Part shown: positions 1 through 9,900 of the stretch, in pieces
Numbering within the stretch: position 1 is the first letter of the stretch
How the letters are laid out: every line of letters begins with the position of its first letter
NCBI GenBank assembly: GCA_038889235.1
Contig: JAWAHN010000001.1
Span: forward strand, 614,499 to 646,498
Origin: Candidatus Jordarchaeales archaeon
GTDB lineage: Archaea; Asgardarchaeota; Jordiarchaeia; Jordiarchaeales; Freyrarchaeaceae
Length of the DNA: 32,000 nucleotides
Direction of reading: 5' to 3'
The notes under the pieces: generated by a model
Database searches by the model: none
What the model was told of the DNA's origin: nothing
The model's input: only the letters and a program-made list of their open reading frames with translations
Translations under genes and position numbers: made by a program

Positions 1-369
1 AGGATCATAGTTGTTCTCTATAGCGCGTAGCGTGGCTGGCTCATGTCCGGTGTATGACTTAGGTGAGGTGACGCCACCGGGACAGTATATGCAATTTCCA
101 GGGCAAGGGTGCGGAGGGGTCATCACTGCTACAATTAGGATTCCTGAAAGGGACCTTGTGGTTTTCCTGCGCAGAATTTGGACGACTTTTTCTTTTTCAT
201 CTGGTGAGGCGTAACTCATGAGTTTTATATTGCTGGGGACCGCTTTCAACTTGTAGCGAGAACAGACGAAACGCTTAGCTTCCTCGGGGCGCCAACCCTC
301 AAGGATGAGTTTGATAATCTCCTTGCACGCTTTCTCCTCTAGCGTGGCCTCCTGACCTGCAATGTACAT
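1..369 (-). CDS. elp3: Elp3 radical SAM/acetyltransferase tRNA U34 modification enzyme, N-terminal part (runs off the window edge; missing from the ORF track)
   Basis: Manual translation from ATG at 369: MYIAGQEATLEEKACKEII...LRRKTTRSLSGILIVAVMTPPHPCPGNCIYCPGGVTSPKSYTGHEPATLRAIENNYDP. This matches the Elp3 motifs RxxSG...VMT, CxxxCxxCPGG, SYTGxEPA and YDP. SD-like AAGGTGA lies upstream. Confidence 0.92.
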   Translation of the reverse strand, partial: MYIAGQEATLEEKACKEIIKLILEGWRPEEAKRFVCSRYKLKAVPSNIKLMSYASPDEKEKVVQILRRKTTRSLSGILIVAVMTPPHPCPGNCIYCPGGVTSPKSYTGHEPATLRAIENNYDP

Positions 370-488
370 TTCTAGTTCACCTTCTTTCTCAAGAGTTCTT
401 GTTACCCAAGAGAATAAATAAAAAAATTTTGAGAGTTTAACAAAACCTGTAAAGAGTGTGAAGAACGGCCCATATGTAGAGGTGGATT

Positions 489-2442
489 TTGTTGAAGACC
501 GGTGAAAGTGAAATAGACTGGAAGGCTGTTGGCTTTACGGCTGGTCTAGAAGTTCACCAGGAATTGCTCACGCCGCGCAAGCTTTTCTGTCGCTGTTCCC
601 CTAAACTTAGGAATGACCCGCCTCACTTTACAATTAAAAGATTTTTCCGCCCCGTTCTCGGGGAAATGGGGGAGTACGATCCCGCTATGCTGGCAGAGTA
701 TGAAAAAGGTAAAGTCGTCATTTATGAAGGATACTATGATACTACTTGCACGTATGAGTTGGACGAAATGCGCACGCGGTAGCGCGTGTGCACGCTAAAC
801 GCCTCCGTTTGAAATTTCACAGGAAGCGCTGGAAATAGGGTTGGAGATAGCGCTGCTCCTGAAAGCTAGAATTATCGTTGACGAACTTCATGTCTGCCGT
901 AAAATGTACCTTGATGGCTCTGTTCCATGCGGCTTTCAGCGCACGCTCATAATAGGTATGAATGGAAGTATACCAATAAATGGAAAGGAGATCCCCATCG
1001 AGACAATTTGCATAGAAGAGGACGCTGCGCGCAAAGTTAAGGAGGAAAAGAATACTGTATATTACCGGCTTGACAGGCTCGGCATACCTTTAGTGGAAAT
1101 AGTGACTGCGCCTTGCATAGAAAGCCCGGAGGAGCTCGTCGAAACAGCGTTCAGGATAGGGCTCCTTCTTAGGAGTACAGGGAAGGTTAAGCGCGGGATT
1201 GGAACTATAAGACAGGACATAAATGTGAGTATAAAGGGAGGGGCGCGGGTCGAAATAAAGGGTGTCCAGAAACTTGAGTGGCTTCCTAAGCTAGCTAGAA
1301 ACGAGGTCATACGACAGCTTTCCTTGTTGAGGATAAAGGAGGAGCTTACACGCAGGGGGGTTAGGGAAGAGGACTTGAAGCTGGATGTCAAGGATGTAAC
1401 GGAGATTTTCAAAAATACGCAGAGCAAGATACTTAAACCGAGAGGTGGCGAAAGAGTTTTGGCTGTACGTCTCCCTAAGTTTTCAGGAATACTTGGAGTT
1501 GAGGTGCAGCCGGGTAAACGCTTTGGTAAAGAAATCGCCGAAAAAGTGCATGCGTACACGGGTCTTGCAGGCATAATACATTCAGATGAGGACCTTAAAG
1601 AGTATGGCATTAGCGACGACGAAAGAAGAGAGCTTTGCCGGGTGCTGAGCATTGAAAGTGACGACGCCTTTGTCATAGTGAAGGCACCTCGAGACATCGG
1701 AGAAAAGGCCTTGGAAATTGTCGTTAATAGAGCTAAGCAAGCTCTAAAGGGAGTGCCAAACGAAACTAGGCGTGCTTTGGAGAACGGGAACAGTGAGTTC
1801 CTACGAGAGCTTCACGGAGGGGCACGTCTATACCCCGATACCGACACGCCTCCTATAAAAATCGGTCGAGAGCTTAAAGAAAGGGTCGCCAGCAGGCTTC
1901 CAACGCCGCCATGGAATCTCAAGGAGGAACTTGTAAGAAAATACAAGATAAGTGATAGGTTTGCTGATGAACTTATACTCGAAGGTAAGGTATTCCTTTT
2001 CAGGGAGGTTGTCGACGAATACGGCATTGATCCCGTTCTCGTAGCCTCTGTCCTTCTGCAAACTCTTAAGGCCTTAGAAAGGGAGGGAGTAAAGGTCGAC
2101 GAGGTATCCGAAGAGGAGCTCAAGGACGTCTTCAGATGTCTTTCAGAAGGAAAAATAGCTAAGGAAGCCATAGGACCGCTTATTGCTAAGCTTGCAGAGG
2201 AGCATGTGGGCGTGGAGGAAGCGTTAAAGAAGCTGGGGATAAGACCGTTATCCGACGAAGAACTCGAAAAACTGATTGGCAAGATAGTGGAAGAGAACGT
2301 TACCCTCGTCAGGGAGAGGGGTGAAAGGGCCTTCGGCCCATTGATGGGTGTTGTTATGAGCCACGTGAGGGGTAGAGTGGATGGAGGAAAAGTCGCCGAA
2401 GTTCTGAAGAGAAAAATAAGGGAGGTGTTGGCAGTTGGCTGA
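489..2442 (+). CDS. gatE: Glu-tRNA(Gln) amidotransferase subunit E, interrupted; predicted join(489..767,799..2442), 640 aa
   Basis: ORF 489..782 has the GatE N-terminus (GLEVHQEL, KLFCRC, TTCTYELDE). The frame of ORF 841..2442 is open from 799 (TPPFEISQEALEIGLEIALLL...GFQRT...RLDRLGIPLVEI...GIGTIRQDINVSI...GARVEIKGVQ...RLYPDTD). It lies directly upstream of gatD. The start could be TTG 489 or TTG 492. Confidence 0.93.
768..798 (+). other. Putative 31-nt bulge-helix-bulge (BHB) intron in gatE mRNA
   Basis: Sequence ATGCGCACGCGGTAGCGCGTGTGCACGCTAA (20/31 GC). It has a 10-bp hairpin 769-778/783-792 with one G-U pair, AAA bulges at 766-768 and 797-799, and a central helix 762-765/793-796 with 3 of 4 pairs. 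Removing it restores the reading frame (ELDE|TPP). Confidence 0.8.
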
Positions 2443-3817
2443 GGATACACTTAGAGGGTACAGGGGGTTTGTAAGGGAGAAATTGGAAAAAGCAGGTGTA
2501 AAGGTGTGGAGCGTTGTACGGATAATAACTCCTGACGCTACTTATGAAGGCATACTATTACCGAGGAGCGAACTTGGGGACGAAGATCACGTTGTGTTAA
2601 AACTTAAGAACGGGTATAACATAGGCGTGAAAATCACGAAGGATGCAGTTATCGAAGAGGTAGGATATAGCCCAGGTCGTTACGTTCTGCCGGAGAGGAA
2701 AGTTGAGTTTAAGCCAGGGAAACCGCGGGTGTCATTGATAGGAACTGGTGGGACAATTGCTAGCAGACTTGATTACAGAACAGGAGCAGTAATACCTGCC
2801 TTTACCCCTCAAGAGCTCTTTAGCGCAGTTCCAGAATTAGAAGAGATATGTAATTTGGAGACCATCTCACTCTTTGAAATATTCTCTGAGGACATGCAGC
2901 CCGAACATTGGGTGAGGATAGCTGAAAAAGTAGCGGAAGAGGTTAGGAGGGGGGCTGACGGCGTAATAATTGCCCATGGAACCGACACTATGCACTTCAC
3001 CTCAGCAGCGTTGTCATTCATGCTGAAAGATTTACCTGTTCCAGTAGTCTTGGTTGGAAGTCAGAGAAGTAGTGACAGGCCTTCAAGTGATGCTGCTATG
3101 AATTTGATAGCCTCTGCAATCGTTGCCGCTAGGAGTGACATCGCAGAAGTTGTCGTGTGCATGCATGGAAGCAGCAGTGACGACTACAATGTAATACATA
3201 AGGGGACTAGAGTTAGGAAGATGCATACAAGTAGGAGGGACGCTTTTAAAACTATAGGAGACATGCCTCTAGGGATTGTCGTTAACGGAACAATACATAT
3301 GTTAAGAGGCGACTATAGGCGTAGGAGTAAGCATAAAGACGTTACCGTGGATGCTAAGATAGATCCAAAAGTAGTTTTGCTCTACACCTATCCAGGAATG
3401 CAAGCAGACATCATAGAACACGTCGTAAGCGCGGGTTACCATGGCATAGTTCTTGCGGGTACGGGACTTGGACATTGTCCTAAGACTATAATACAGCCTT
3501 TAGAGAAAGCGATAAGGGATGGAGTCGTTGTCGCCATGACATCGCAATGCTTGTACGGATTTGTGGGAATGAACGTTTACGAGAGGGGAAGAGACTTACT
3601 CAAAATAGGCGTAATACCCTGCGGGAACATGTTGCCAGAAACAGCATACGTTAAGTTGATTTACGTTCTGGGACACACTAGGGATGTTGACGAAGTTAAG
3701 AATTTGATGACACTCAACATGTGCGGGGAAATCACGAATGGAGAGTCGTACAACGCGTACTTGATTGCCCAAGGAGGACTAGAGGAATACATTAAGAAAC
3801 AAAAAAACTTACTCTAA
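2435..3817 (+). CDS. gatD: Glu-tRNA(Gln) amidotransferase subunit D
   Basis: N-terminal GatD domain plus asparaginase-like motifs GTGGTIAS, HGTDTM, GSQRSSDRPSSD and RKMHTSRRDAF. Overlaps the gatE stop and has SD GGAGGTG. Confidence 0.96.
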   Translation: MAEDTLRGYRGFVREKLEKAGVKVWSVVRIITPDATYEGILLPRSELGDEDHVVLKLKNGYNIGVKITKDAVIEEVGYSPGRYVLPERKVEFKPGKPRVSLIGTGGTIASRLDYRTGAVIPAFTPQELFSAVPELEEICNLETISLFEIFSEDMQPEHWVRIAEKVAEEVRRGADGVIIAHGTDTMHFTSAALSFMLKDLPVPVVLVGSQRSSDRPSSDAAMNLIASAIVAARSDIAEVVVCMHGSSSDDYNVIHKGTRVRKMHTSRRDAFKTIGDMPLGIVVNGTIHMLRGDYRRRSKHKDVTVDAKIDPKVVLLYTYPGMQADIIEHVVSAGYHGIVLAGTGLGHCPKTIIQPLEKAIRDGVVVAMTSQCLYGFVGMNVYERGRDLLKIGVIPCGNMLPETAYVKLIYVLGHTRDVDEVKNLMTLNMCGEITNGESYNAYLIAQGGLEEYIKKQKNLL

Positions 3818-4747
3818 GAATTCTACGTCGTCAATTATTCCGTCTCCATTTAAATCATATCCCATGACTACACGGGCTGGTATAGACGGATTAAAGGAAT
3901 TGTTTTCAGCAACCTTGTTTAGGTACTTCGTTACGGCAAGTACTGCAGCCTTGGTCCCCTGGAACCTTTTTCCAGCTAAAACTAATATTTTTGAGTTAAC
4001 GTTGAACGGGTTTACTGCCTTAACAATAATTCCACAACTGTCCTCGTAATATGTGCGACTTGTTATAGATGAAAAAATCCTGTTCTGCTCTTTTAGTTCA
4101 AAGCGTATGGGTAAGGTGTCGTTGATTTTGTATGAGACCATGTTTGTTACAGGTCCTCCGATAACTATCATATTGCTCTTAAGGTCTTCGTCACGCACCT
4201 CAGTATCCAGTTTCACAATTTCATCGCTTATGCTGCTAGAGATGCTTCCGATGAAAGCCGCAAGTTCGATGGCGTAGTGTGCATCTCTCGCTTGAGCCCT
4301 GTAAGGGCCGTGTGCATCAGGGCTGCCAACTATTATTTTTGCATCAAACCTCCCGTTAGTGATAAATGGTTCGAGAAATATCATGACTTCTCTTCTGATG
4401 TTTAGTACTTGTGGTGGGCTCAGTTTTATTCCATTCTTGTTAAAAACGAGGGAAATCGAGTTAAATTTTGTAGAGTAGTATTTTGCTACAGCCCCCCTAA
4501 CCTCTTCTTTCTTTGATACTTCAATAAGCCCCGCGTTTTTAAGCACAGTCAAATGGTAGTGCGCTGCTTGTTCTTTCATATTGAGCTTTTCAGCCAGCTT
4601 TCTGAGATACATAGGTTCCTCTGCGAGGGCTTTTAGTATGCGCACCCTGTCCCTAGTTAGTATTCTGCCCAGTGTGTCACTATCCTCCACCACTTGCGTT
4701 GGTACAGCTAGGTAGCTTTCATCGTCCTTAAGCAGGACCCAGTCCAT
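3809..4747 (-). CDS. ArsR-like winged-helix transcriptional regulator with an additional C-terminal domain
   Basis: N-terminal RVRILKAL...LAEKLNMKEQAAHYHLTVLKNAGLIEV helix-turn-helix. The C-terminus ends in DLNGDGIIDDVE. SD GAGGTGG precedes the ATG. Confidence 0.8.
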   Translation of the reverse strand: MDWVLLKDDESYLAVPTQVVEDSDTLGRILTRDRVRILKALAEEPMYLRKLAEKLNMKEQAAHYHLTVLKNAGLIEVSKKEEVRGAVAKYYSTKFNSISLVFNKNGIKLSPPQVLNIRREVMIFLEPFITNGRFDAKIIVGSPDAHGPYRAQARDAHYAIELAAFIGSISSSISDEIVKLDTEVRDEDLKSNMIVIGGPVTNMVSYKINDTLPIRFELKEQNRIFSSITSRTYYEDSCGIIVKAVNPFNVNSKILVLAGKRFQGTKAAVLAVTKYLNKVAENNSFNPSIPARVVMGYDLNGDGIIDDVEFLE

Positions 4748-4761
4748 TAAACCACCTCAGT

Positions 4762-4791
4762 AAAAATTTAAACGTTACAAAAAAATTTAAA
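4762..4791 (-). promoter_or_regulatory. Tandem TATA-like boxes (TTTAAATTTTT x2) upstream of the ArsR-like gene
   Basis: AAAAATTTAAA occurs at 4762-4772 and 4781-4791 on the + strand, about 15-45 nt upstream of the ATG at 4747. Confidence 0.45.
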
Positions 4792-5029
4792 AAGGTTTCT
4801 GTGTCAAAAGTTTTAAAATGTTGAAACACGAAAAATTGAGAAGAAAAATGGAGTTTTGGCAAAGAAAAAATTAAAAAATGTTGGATAATTAAAAAATGAC
4901 GCTGAAAATGAGAGTGAATATGAAATAAGTTTTTTAGTGTTCCAACGTTTTTTTAAAGAAAATTTATTTTCTTAAAAATTGCTTTTTTGAAAGTGAAGGG
5001 GGTATTTTTAGCTCTGGAGGTTGACTTTT

Positions 5030-6847
5030 TTGTGCGGAATAATCGGCATAGTTCATGGGAGCAAGCATGTTGCCCCGCTTTTAGTAGATTCATTGAAGAG
5101 ACTTGAGTACCGGGGGTACGATTCGGTAGGCGTGGCAACGCTTTACAATGGATCAATTTTCGTCAGAAAAGACAAGGGGAAAATAGATGAGGTGGATGCG
5201 AGGCTAAACCTTAAGTCGCTCCCTGGCTTTGTCGGTATCGGGCACACGAGGTGGGCGACTCATGGTCCACCTTCTAGGGAAAACGCTCACCCTCACGTTG
5301 ATTGTAAAGGAGTCCTCGCTCTCGTTCACAATGGGATAGTTGAAAACTTTTTAGAGCTGAAAGAATGCTTGAGCAAGGGCCATAAGTTTTCTTCGGATAC
5401 AGATACCGAGGTTGTTGCTCACTTGGTTGAGGAGCTGCTTAGAGATGAGGGAGATGTCATCTGTGCGTTTAGGGAAGCTGTTAAAATGCTTGAGGGGTCT
5501 TACGCCATAGCGGCGCTTTCCCCCTTGCTCCCCGACGGGTTGTTATGCGCAAGAAAGGATAGCCCCTTGGTCATAGGTTTGGGGGAGGAAGCAATTTTCT
5601 GTGCTTCAGACGTCACGGCCTTTCTACCCTTTACTAATAGAGCAGCAGTTTTGGAAGATAACTGCATGGCTATTGTGGGATGTAAAGATTTGACCGTTGA
5701 GAGGATTTTAGGTGGAGAGGCCGTTAAGCTTGAAGTGATAGATGTTCCTTGGAGCGTCGAAATGGCGTGTAAGGGAGGCTACCCTCACTTCATGATCAAA
5801 GAGATACATGAACAACCTCAGGCTGTGAGGGGGGCGTTAGCAGTTAGTTTACGGGAGCTAGATGAAGCTGTGAAAGCCATTAGCGAAATAGAGCACATAT
5901 TCCTGACCGGTGCTGGAACGTCCAACCACGCCGCGATAATTGGAAAATATTTTATTGCGCGTTTAGCCACTAAGATGGCGCACAGTGTCCTGGCTTCCGA
6001 GTTTCGAGAAATGTTTCAGGGACTTTTGTCTGAAGAAACGGCAGTTGTAGCGATTACACAGTCGGGTGAAACTGCGGACACTCTTGAGGCAGCTAAGTTC
6101 GCTAAGTCTATGGGGGCAAAGGTTATCGCTATAACAAATGTCGTGGGTAGTTCTATAACGCGTATTGCTGACGCTGTGCTTTACACTAGAGCTGGCCCGG
6201 AGATAAGTGTTGCAGCAACAAAAACTTTCCTGTCCCAGCTCGTCATACTTCTCTTGTTGGCTCTTAGACTCGGAGAGCACAACAACACTTTAGATGCAGA
6301 CTACGCTAGTTTCGTGAAAAAGAAAATTTACGAAATACCGGAAACTGTTTCCAGGACAATAAAAATAACGGAAGAGAAGGCTAAAATTCTCGCCAGTAAG
6401 TATTCAAAAAAGAAGAGCTTCTTCTTCCTAGGTAGAGGGGTGAGTGTTGCAACTGCAATGGAGGGAGCGCTTAAACTTAAAGAGGTGGCATACGTCCACG
6501 CTGAGGCATACCCAGCAGGTGAGCTAAAACACGGACCTATAGCATTGGTTAAAAAGGGGTTCCCGGCTATTTTCATAGCTCCTCCAGATGAGACTAGAAA
6601 CAAAATTATAGGAAACATCATGGAGCTTAAAGCGAGGGGGGCAAACATCATAAGTTTAGCGCAGGAAGGGGATAGGGAAATTGAGCAACTCTCCGATGAT
6701 GTCTTCTCCTTACCGGAGACGCACGAGCTCCTAACACCGATAATATACACTGTTCCCCTTCAACTTTTCGCGTACTACATGGCTGTGGAAAGAGGGGTTG
6801 ACCCAGATAAGCCACGCAACCTAGCTAAGAGCGTAACAGTCATTTGA
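5030..6847 (+). CDS. glmS: Glutamine--fructose-6-phosphate aminotransferase (isomerizing)
   Basis: Start moved to TTG 5030 to give the N-terminal catalytic Cys (M-CGI), with SD GGAGG. Motifs LEYRGYDS, GHTRWATHG, HNGIVEN, SQ/TQSGETADT, EGALKLKE and PRNLAKSVTV. Confidence 0.97.
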   Translation: MCGIIGIVHGSKHVAPLLVDSLKRLEYRGYDSVGVATLYNGSIFVRKDKGKIDEVDARLNLKSLPGFVGIGHTRWATHGPPSRENAHPHVDCKGVLALVHNGIVENFLELKECLSKGHKFSSDTDTEVVAHLVEELLRDEGDVICAFREAVKMLEGSYAIAALSPLLPDGLLCARKDSPLVIGLGEEAIFCASDVTAFLPFTNRAAVLEDNCMAIVGCKDLTVERILGGEAVKLEVIDVPWSVEMACKGGYPHFMIKEIHEQPQAVRGALAVSLRELDEAVKAISEIEHIFLTGAGTSNHAAIIGKYFIARLATKMAHSVLASEFREMFQGLLSEETAVVAITQSGETADTLEAAKFAKSMGAKVIAITNVVGSSITRIADAVLYTRAGPEISVAATKTFLSQLVILLLLALRLGEHNNTLDADYASFVKKKIYEIPETVSRTIKITEEKAKILASKYSKKKSFFFLGRGVSVATAMEGALKLKEVAYVHAEAYPAGELKHGPIALVKKGFPAIFIAPPDETRNKIIGNIMELKARGANIISLAQEGDREIEQLSDDVFSLPETHELLTPIIYTVPLQLFAYYMAVERGVDPDKPRNLAKSVTVI

Positions 6848-6995
6848 ACAAAATTACCCAGAACGGTCTTTGGTATTTCACTTTTCTCTCAATATTTTTA
6901 TCCGCCTCAGGCGGAAGTGTTAATAATTATGCAGGTATTATTTGCGTGATATCCCTGCTTAAATTCCAAGATTATACTGAATCTTACGTCCTCCG

Positions 6996-9900
6996 GTGGG
7001 TGATAGCACGGTTTACATAAAGAAAATTGCTATCAGAGGATTCAAGTCATTCGGCAACCGAAAAGTCATAGTTAACTTTTCTAAAGGATTTGTAGCTATA
7101 GTGGGGCCAAATGGGTCAGGTAAAAGTAATCTTCTTGATGCAATTCGTTTCGGTATAGGTATGATGAGTGCTAAATCCATGAGGGCAACAAGTTTCTCGG
7201 ATCTAATATACTACTCTAAGGATGGAAAGGGGAGAGGGGCTAAGTACGCTTCAGTCAGCCTTTACCTTGATAACACCGATAGACGCATTCCGGTAGATTC
7301 AGATACTGTGGTTATAACGAGACAAATAGACTTAGAAGGACGGGGGGTTTACAAGCTTAATGGCCGAGTAGTTCCGAGAGGCCAAATAGTGGACTTACTG
7401 GAGGCTGCGGGTATAAGCCCCGATGGATATAACATGATCCCCCAAGGGGAAATCCTTGAGGTTATACGTAAGGGTCCTGTTGAAATAAGGAGACTCTTCG
7501 AGGATATAGCTGGGATAGCTTCTTTTGATGAAAAAAAGGAGAGGGCGCAGAAAGAATTGGAGATCGCTGAGCAGAACCTGAGAGAGAACCTTGCACAGCT
7601 TAGGGAAGTGCAAAGTGTGGTTGAGAGACTGGCTAGAGAAAAAGAGGGGGCTCTTAAGTATAAGCGCTTGGATGAAGAAATAAGGGAACTCAGAGCAAAG
7701 CTCTGCTTCGCTCAGCTTAAGAGAGAAAGTGAGAAACTGAACAAAGTTGTTAGAGAGATAGATGAAAAAAGAGAGAAGATAAGGATGCTTCAGGAGGAAA
7801 TAACGAATCTTCAGAAGGAAAAGGTGGGGATCGAGGAGACTTCTAAAAAAATGAGGATGGACGCAGGGCTTATTGAAGAAAACCTTAGAGCGTTGGAGCT
7901 GAAGATAAGCGAAACGAAAAAAGTTCTCTTGGAAAAGAAGCTCACGGTTAATTTCAAGGAGAGGGAGCTTGCTGAAAAGGATGCACAACTGCAATCGCTG
8001 AAAAAAGAGGTAGAGGCCATTAAAGCTAGGATGAAGGAGGAAGAGAGAGATTTAGAGAAAGCTATGGCCGAGCACAAAAGGCTTAGTGAGGAGGCTGAGG
8101 CTAAACAACGCTTACTGAGAGCTCTGCGCAGTCAGATGGAAAGCATGGATGCAGAATACGTGAAGATTAAGGAAGAAATGGAAAGGTTAAGGGAAGAGTT
8201 AGATGAGCTGAGAAAAAGCGAAGTGCAGCTTGAAACAGAGAAAAAGCTCATTGAGAAAGATATTGCGAACAGTCAAGGAATTCTCTCGGCAAAGAAAAAG
8301 AAAATTGAAATGCTTAGAAACGCCTTGGAGAGCACGAGGAGAGAGTTGGCGTTGGTAGAGGAGAAGAAAGAGCAGGAGGAGAAGGAGAGGGAGAAGATCG
8401 CTGGTGAGCTCAAACTGGTTGAAGAAGAAGAGGAAAGAAGAGGGAAAGAGACCAGAGAAATTGAAAACATTATTCAAAAGTTAAAGGAAGAGATAATTAA
8501 GATAAAGGCGATCAATGAGGAAAGAGAACGTATACTTAAGTCCCAATCAGCGGTTTACGAGATATTAAAGCTACGCGACAAGGGGGTCATAGATGGGATT
8601 TATGGTACAGTAGCGGAGCTCGCCAAAACAAAGGAGGAATACGCATTAGCTCTTGAAGCTGCAGCCGGCCAACGTCTTAATTATGTTGTAGTTGAAAATG
8701 ACAGTGTAGCTGTAAAGTGCATAGACTTCCTCAAGAAAAATAGATTGGGCCGAGTAACCTTCATCCCGTTGAACCTGGTGCGCCCCAGACCAAGGTCAAC
8801 CATCGAGAGCGGTGATGGAATAATCGGTGCAGCCATAGACTTGATCGAGTTCGACGAAAAGTTCAGGCCTGCTTTCGAGTATGTTTTCGGTAACACAATC
8901 ATCGTTAACGATTTAGAAACAGCCCGGCGACTTCACGATGTTAGAGTAAGAAAAGTGACGCTTGAAGGAGAAATACTTGAAACATCTGGAGTGATGATTG
9001 GAGGACACTTGCAGAGAAGACAAGCAGTGTTTTTGCAGGAAGTAGGGGACTTATCAAAGTTGGAGGATGAGCTGAGAAGAGTAGAAGAGTTAAGGGCTTA
9101 CTTGATTTCGAGCAGTAGAAGTTTGGCTACTCGTAAACAGAGCCTCATGAAAGAGCTTAAACAGGCTGAGAGAGAGCTATACATATATGATTCCAGAATC
9201 AAAGAGATCGCCGCAAAGGTTTCTATTCTCGAGAAAGAGATCGAGGAAAACGAGGAAGAAGTGAAAAAGCACGCTGAAGAAATAGCTAGAAAGGAAGAAG
9301 AACTGAAGAAAGTTGCGGAGCAAATATTGAGTTTACGCTCCCGTATTTCATTGTTGAACGACAACTTAGTGCAACTCGAAAAGACTTTTTCATCGTCAAC
9401 TGCGGCAGTCCTTCAAAAGCAAGTAAAGGAATTGGAGAACGAAATTGGGGCATTAAGAGGTGCGCTCAGTCGGTTGGAGGTGGAAATAGCAAGAAAACAA
9501 ACACTTGTCGAAGAGCACCTGATGATGACCCTCAGAGAGAAAGAAGAAGCACTCGTGCGGATTAGTGAGGAAACAGAGCGCTTGAAGGCAAGTCTAGGCG
9601 TCGCTAGAAGTGAGCTGGATACTTTAACGAGGGAACTGGAACTTCTAGAAGAAGAAAGGAAAAAGCTTGCGGAGAAAAAGGAGCAGGTTAGAGCAGAACT
9701 GGATAAACTTAGTAAGGAAAGCGCTAAAATTTCCGCCGAGCTGGAAAAGCTGGTTGATGCAAGCAAAAAGCTAGAGTTAGAGGTGAGGGGGGCCGAAGTT
9801 GAGAAGAACTTCATTGAGGAGACGATAAACAAGCTGCAAAAGCAGGCTGAAGAATATAGCTCATATTCTTTTGACGACGTAGACGTAGTTGACTTCAAAG

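Noticed and set aside
768-798. Insert as a MITE or transposon footprint
   Set aside because: It is too short, has no terminal inverted repeats at its ends and no second copy was noticed in the window. The AAA at both ends is explained by the BHB bulges.
489-2442. gatE as a simple frameshift pseudogene or single-base sequencing error
   Set aside because: The discrepancy is a 31-nt structured insert with stops in both frames, and both flanks are intact and continuous once it is removed.
841-2442. gatE as a naturally split two-subunit gene restarting at TTG 841
   Set aside because: This would discard the conserved in-frame segment TPPFEISQEALEIG (799-840), and TTG 841 has only a weak SD. Less parsimonious than splicing, though not excluded.
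4960-5010. Replication origin (ORB) call
   Set aside because: There is only a G-string-like fragment, no repeated full ORB consensus and no cdc6/orc1 gene in the window.
6901-6942. Inverted repeats TCCGCC-TCA-GGCGGA and AATAAT-N9-ATTATT between glmS and smc
   Set aside because: Six-bp arms can arise by chance, and I cannot distinguish terminator, operator or noise.
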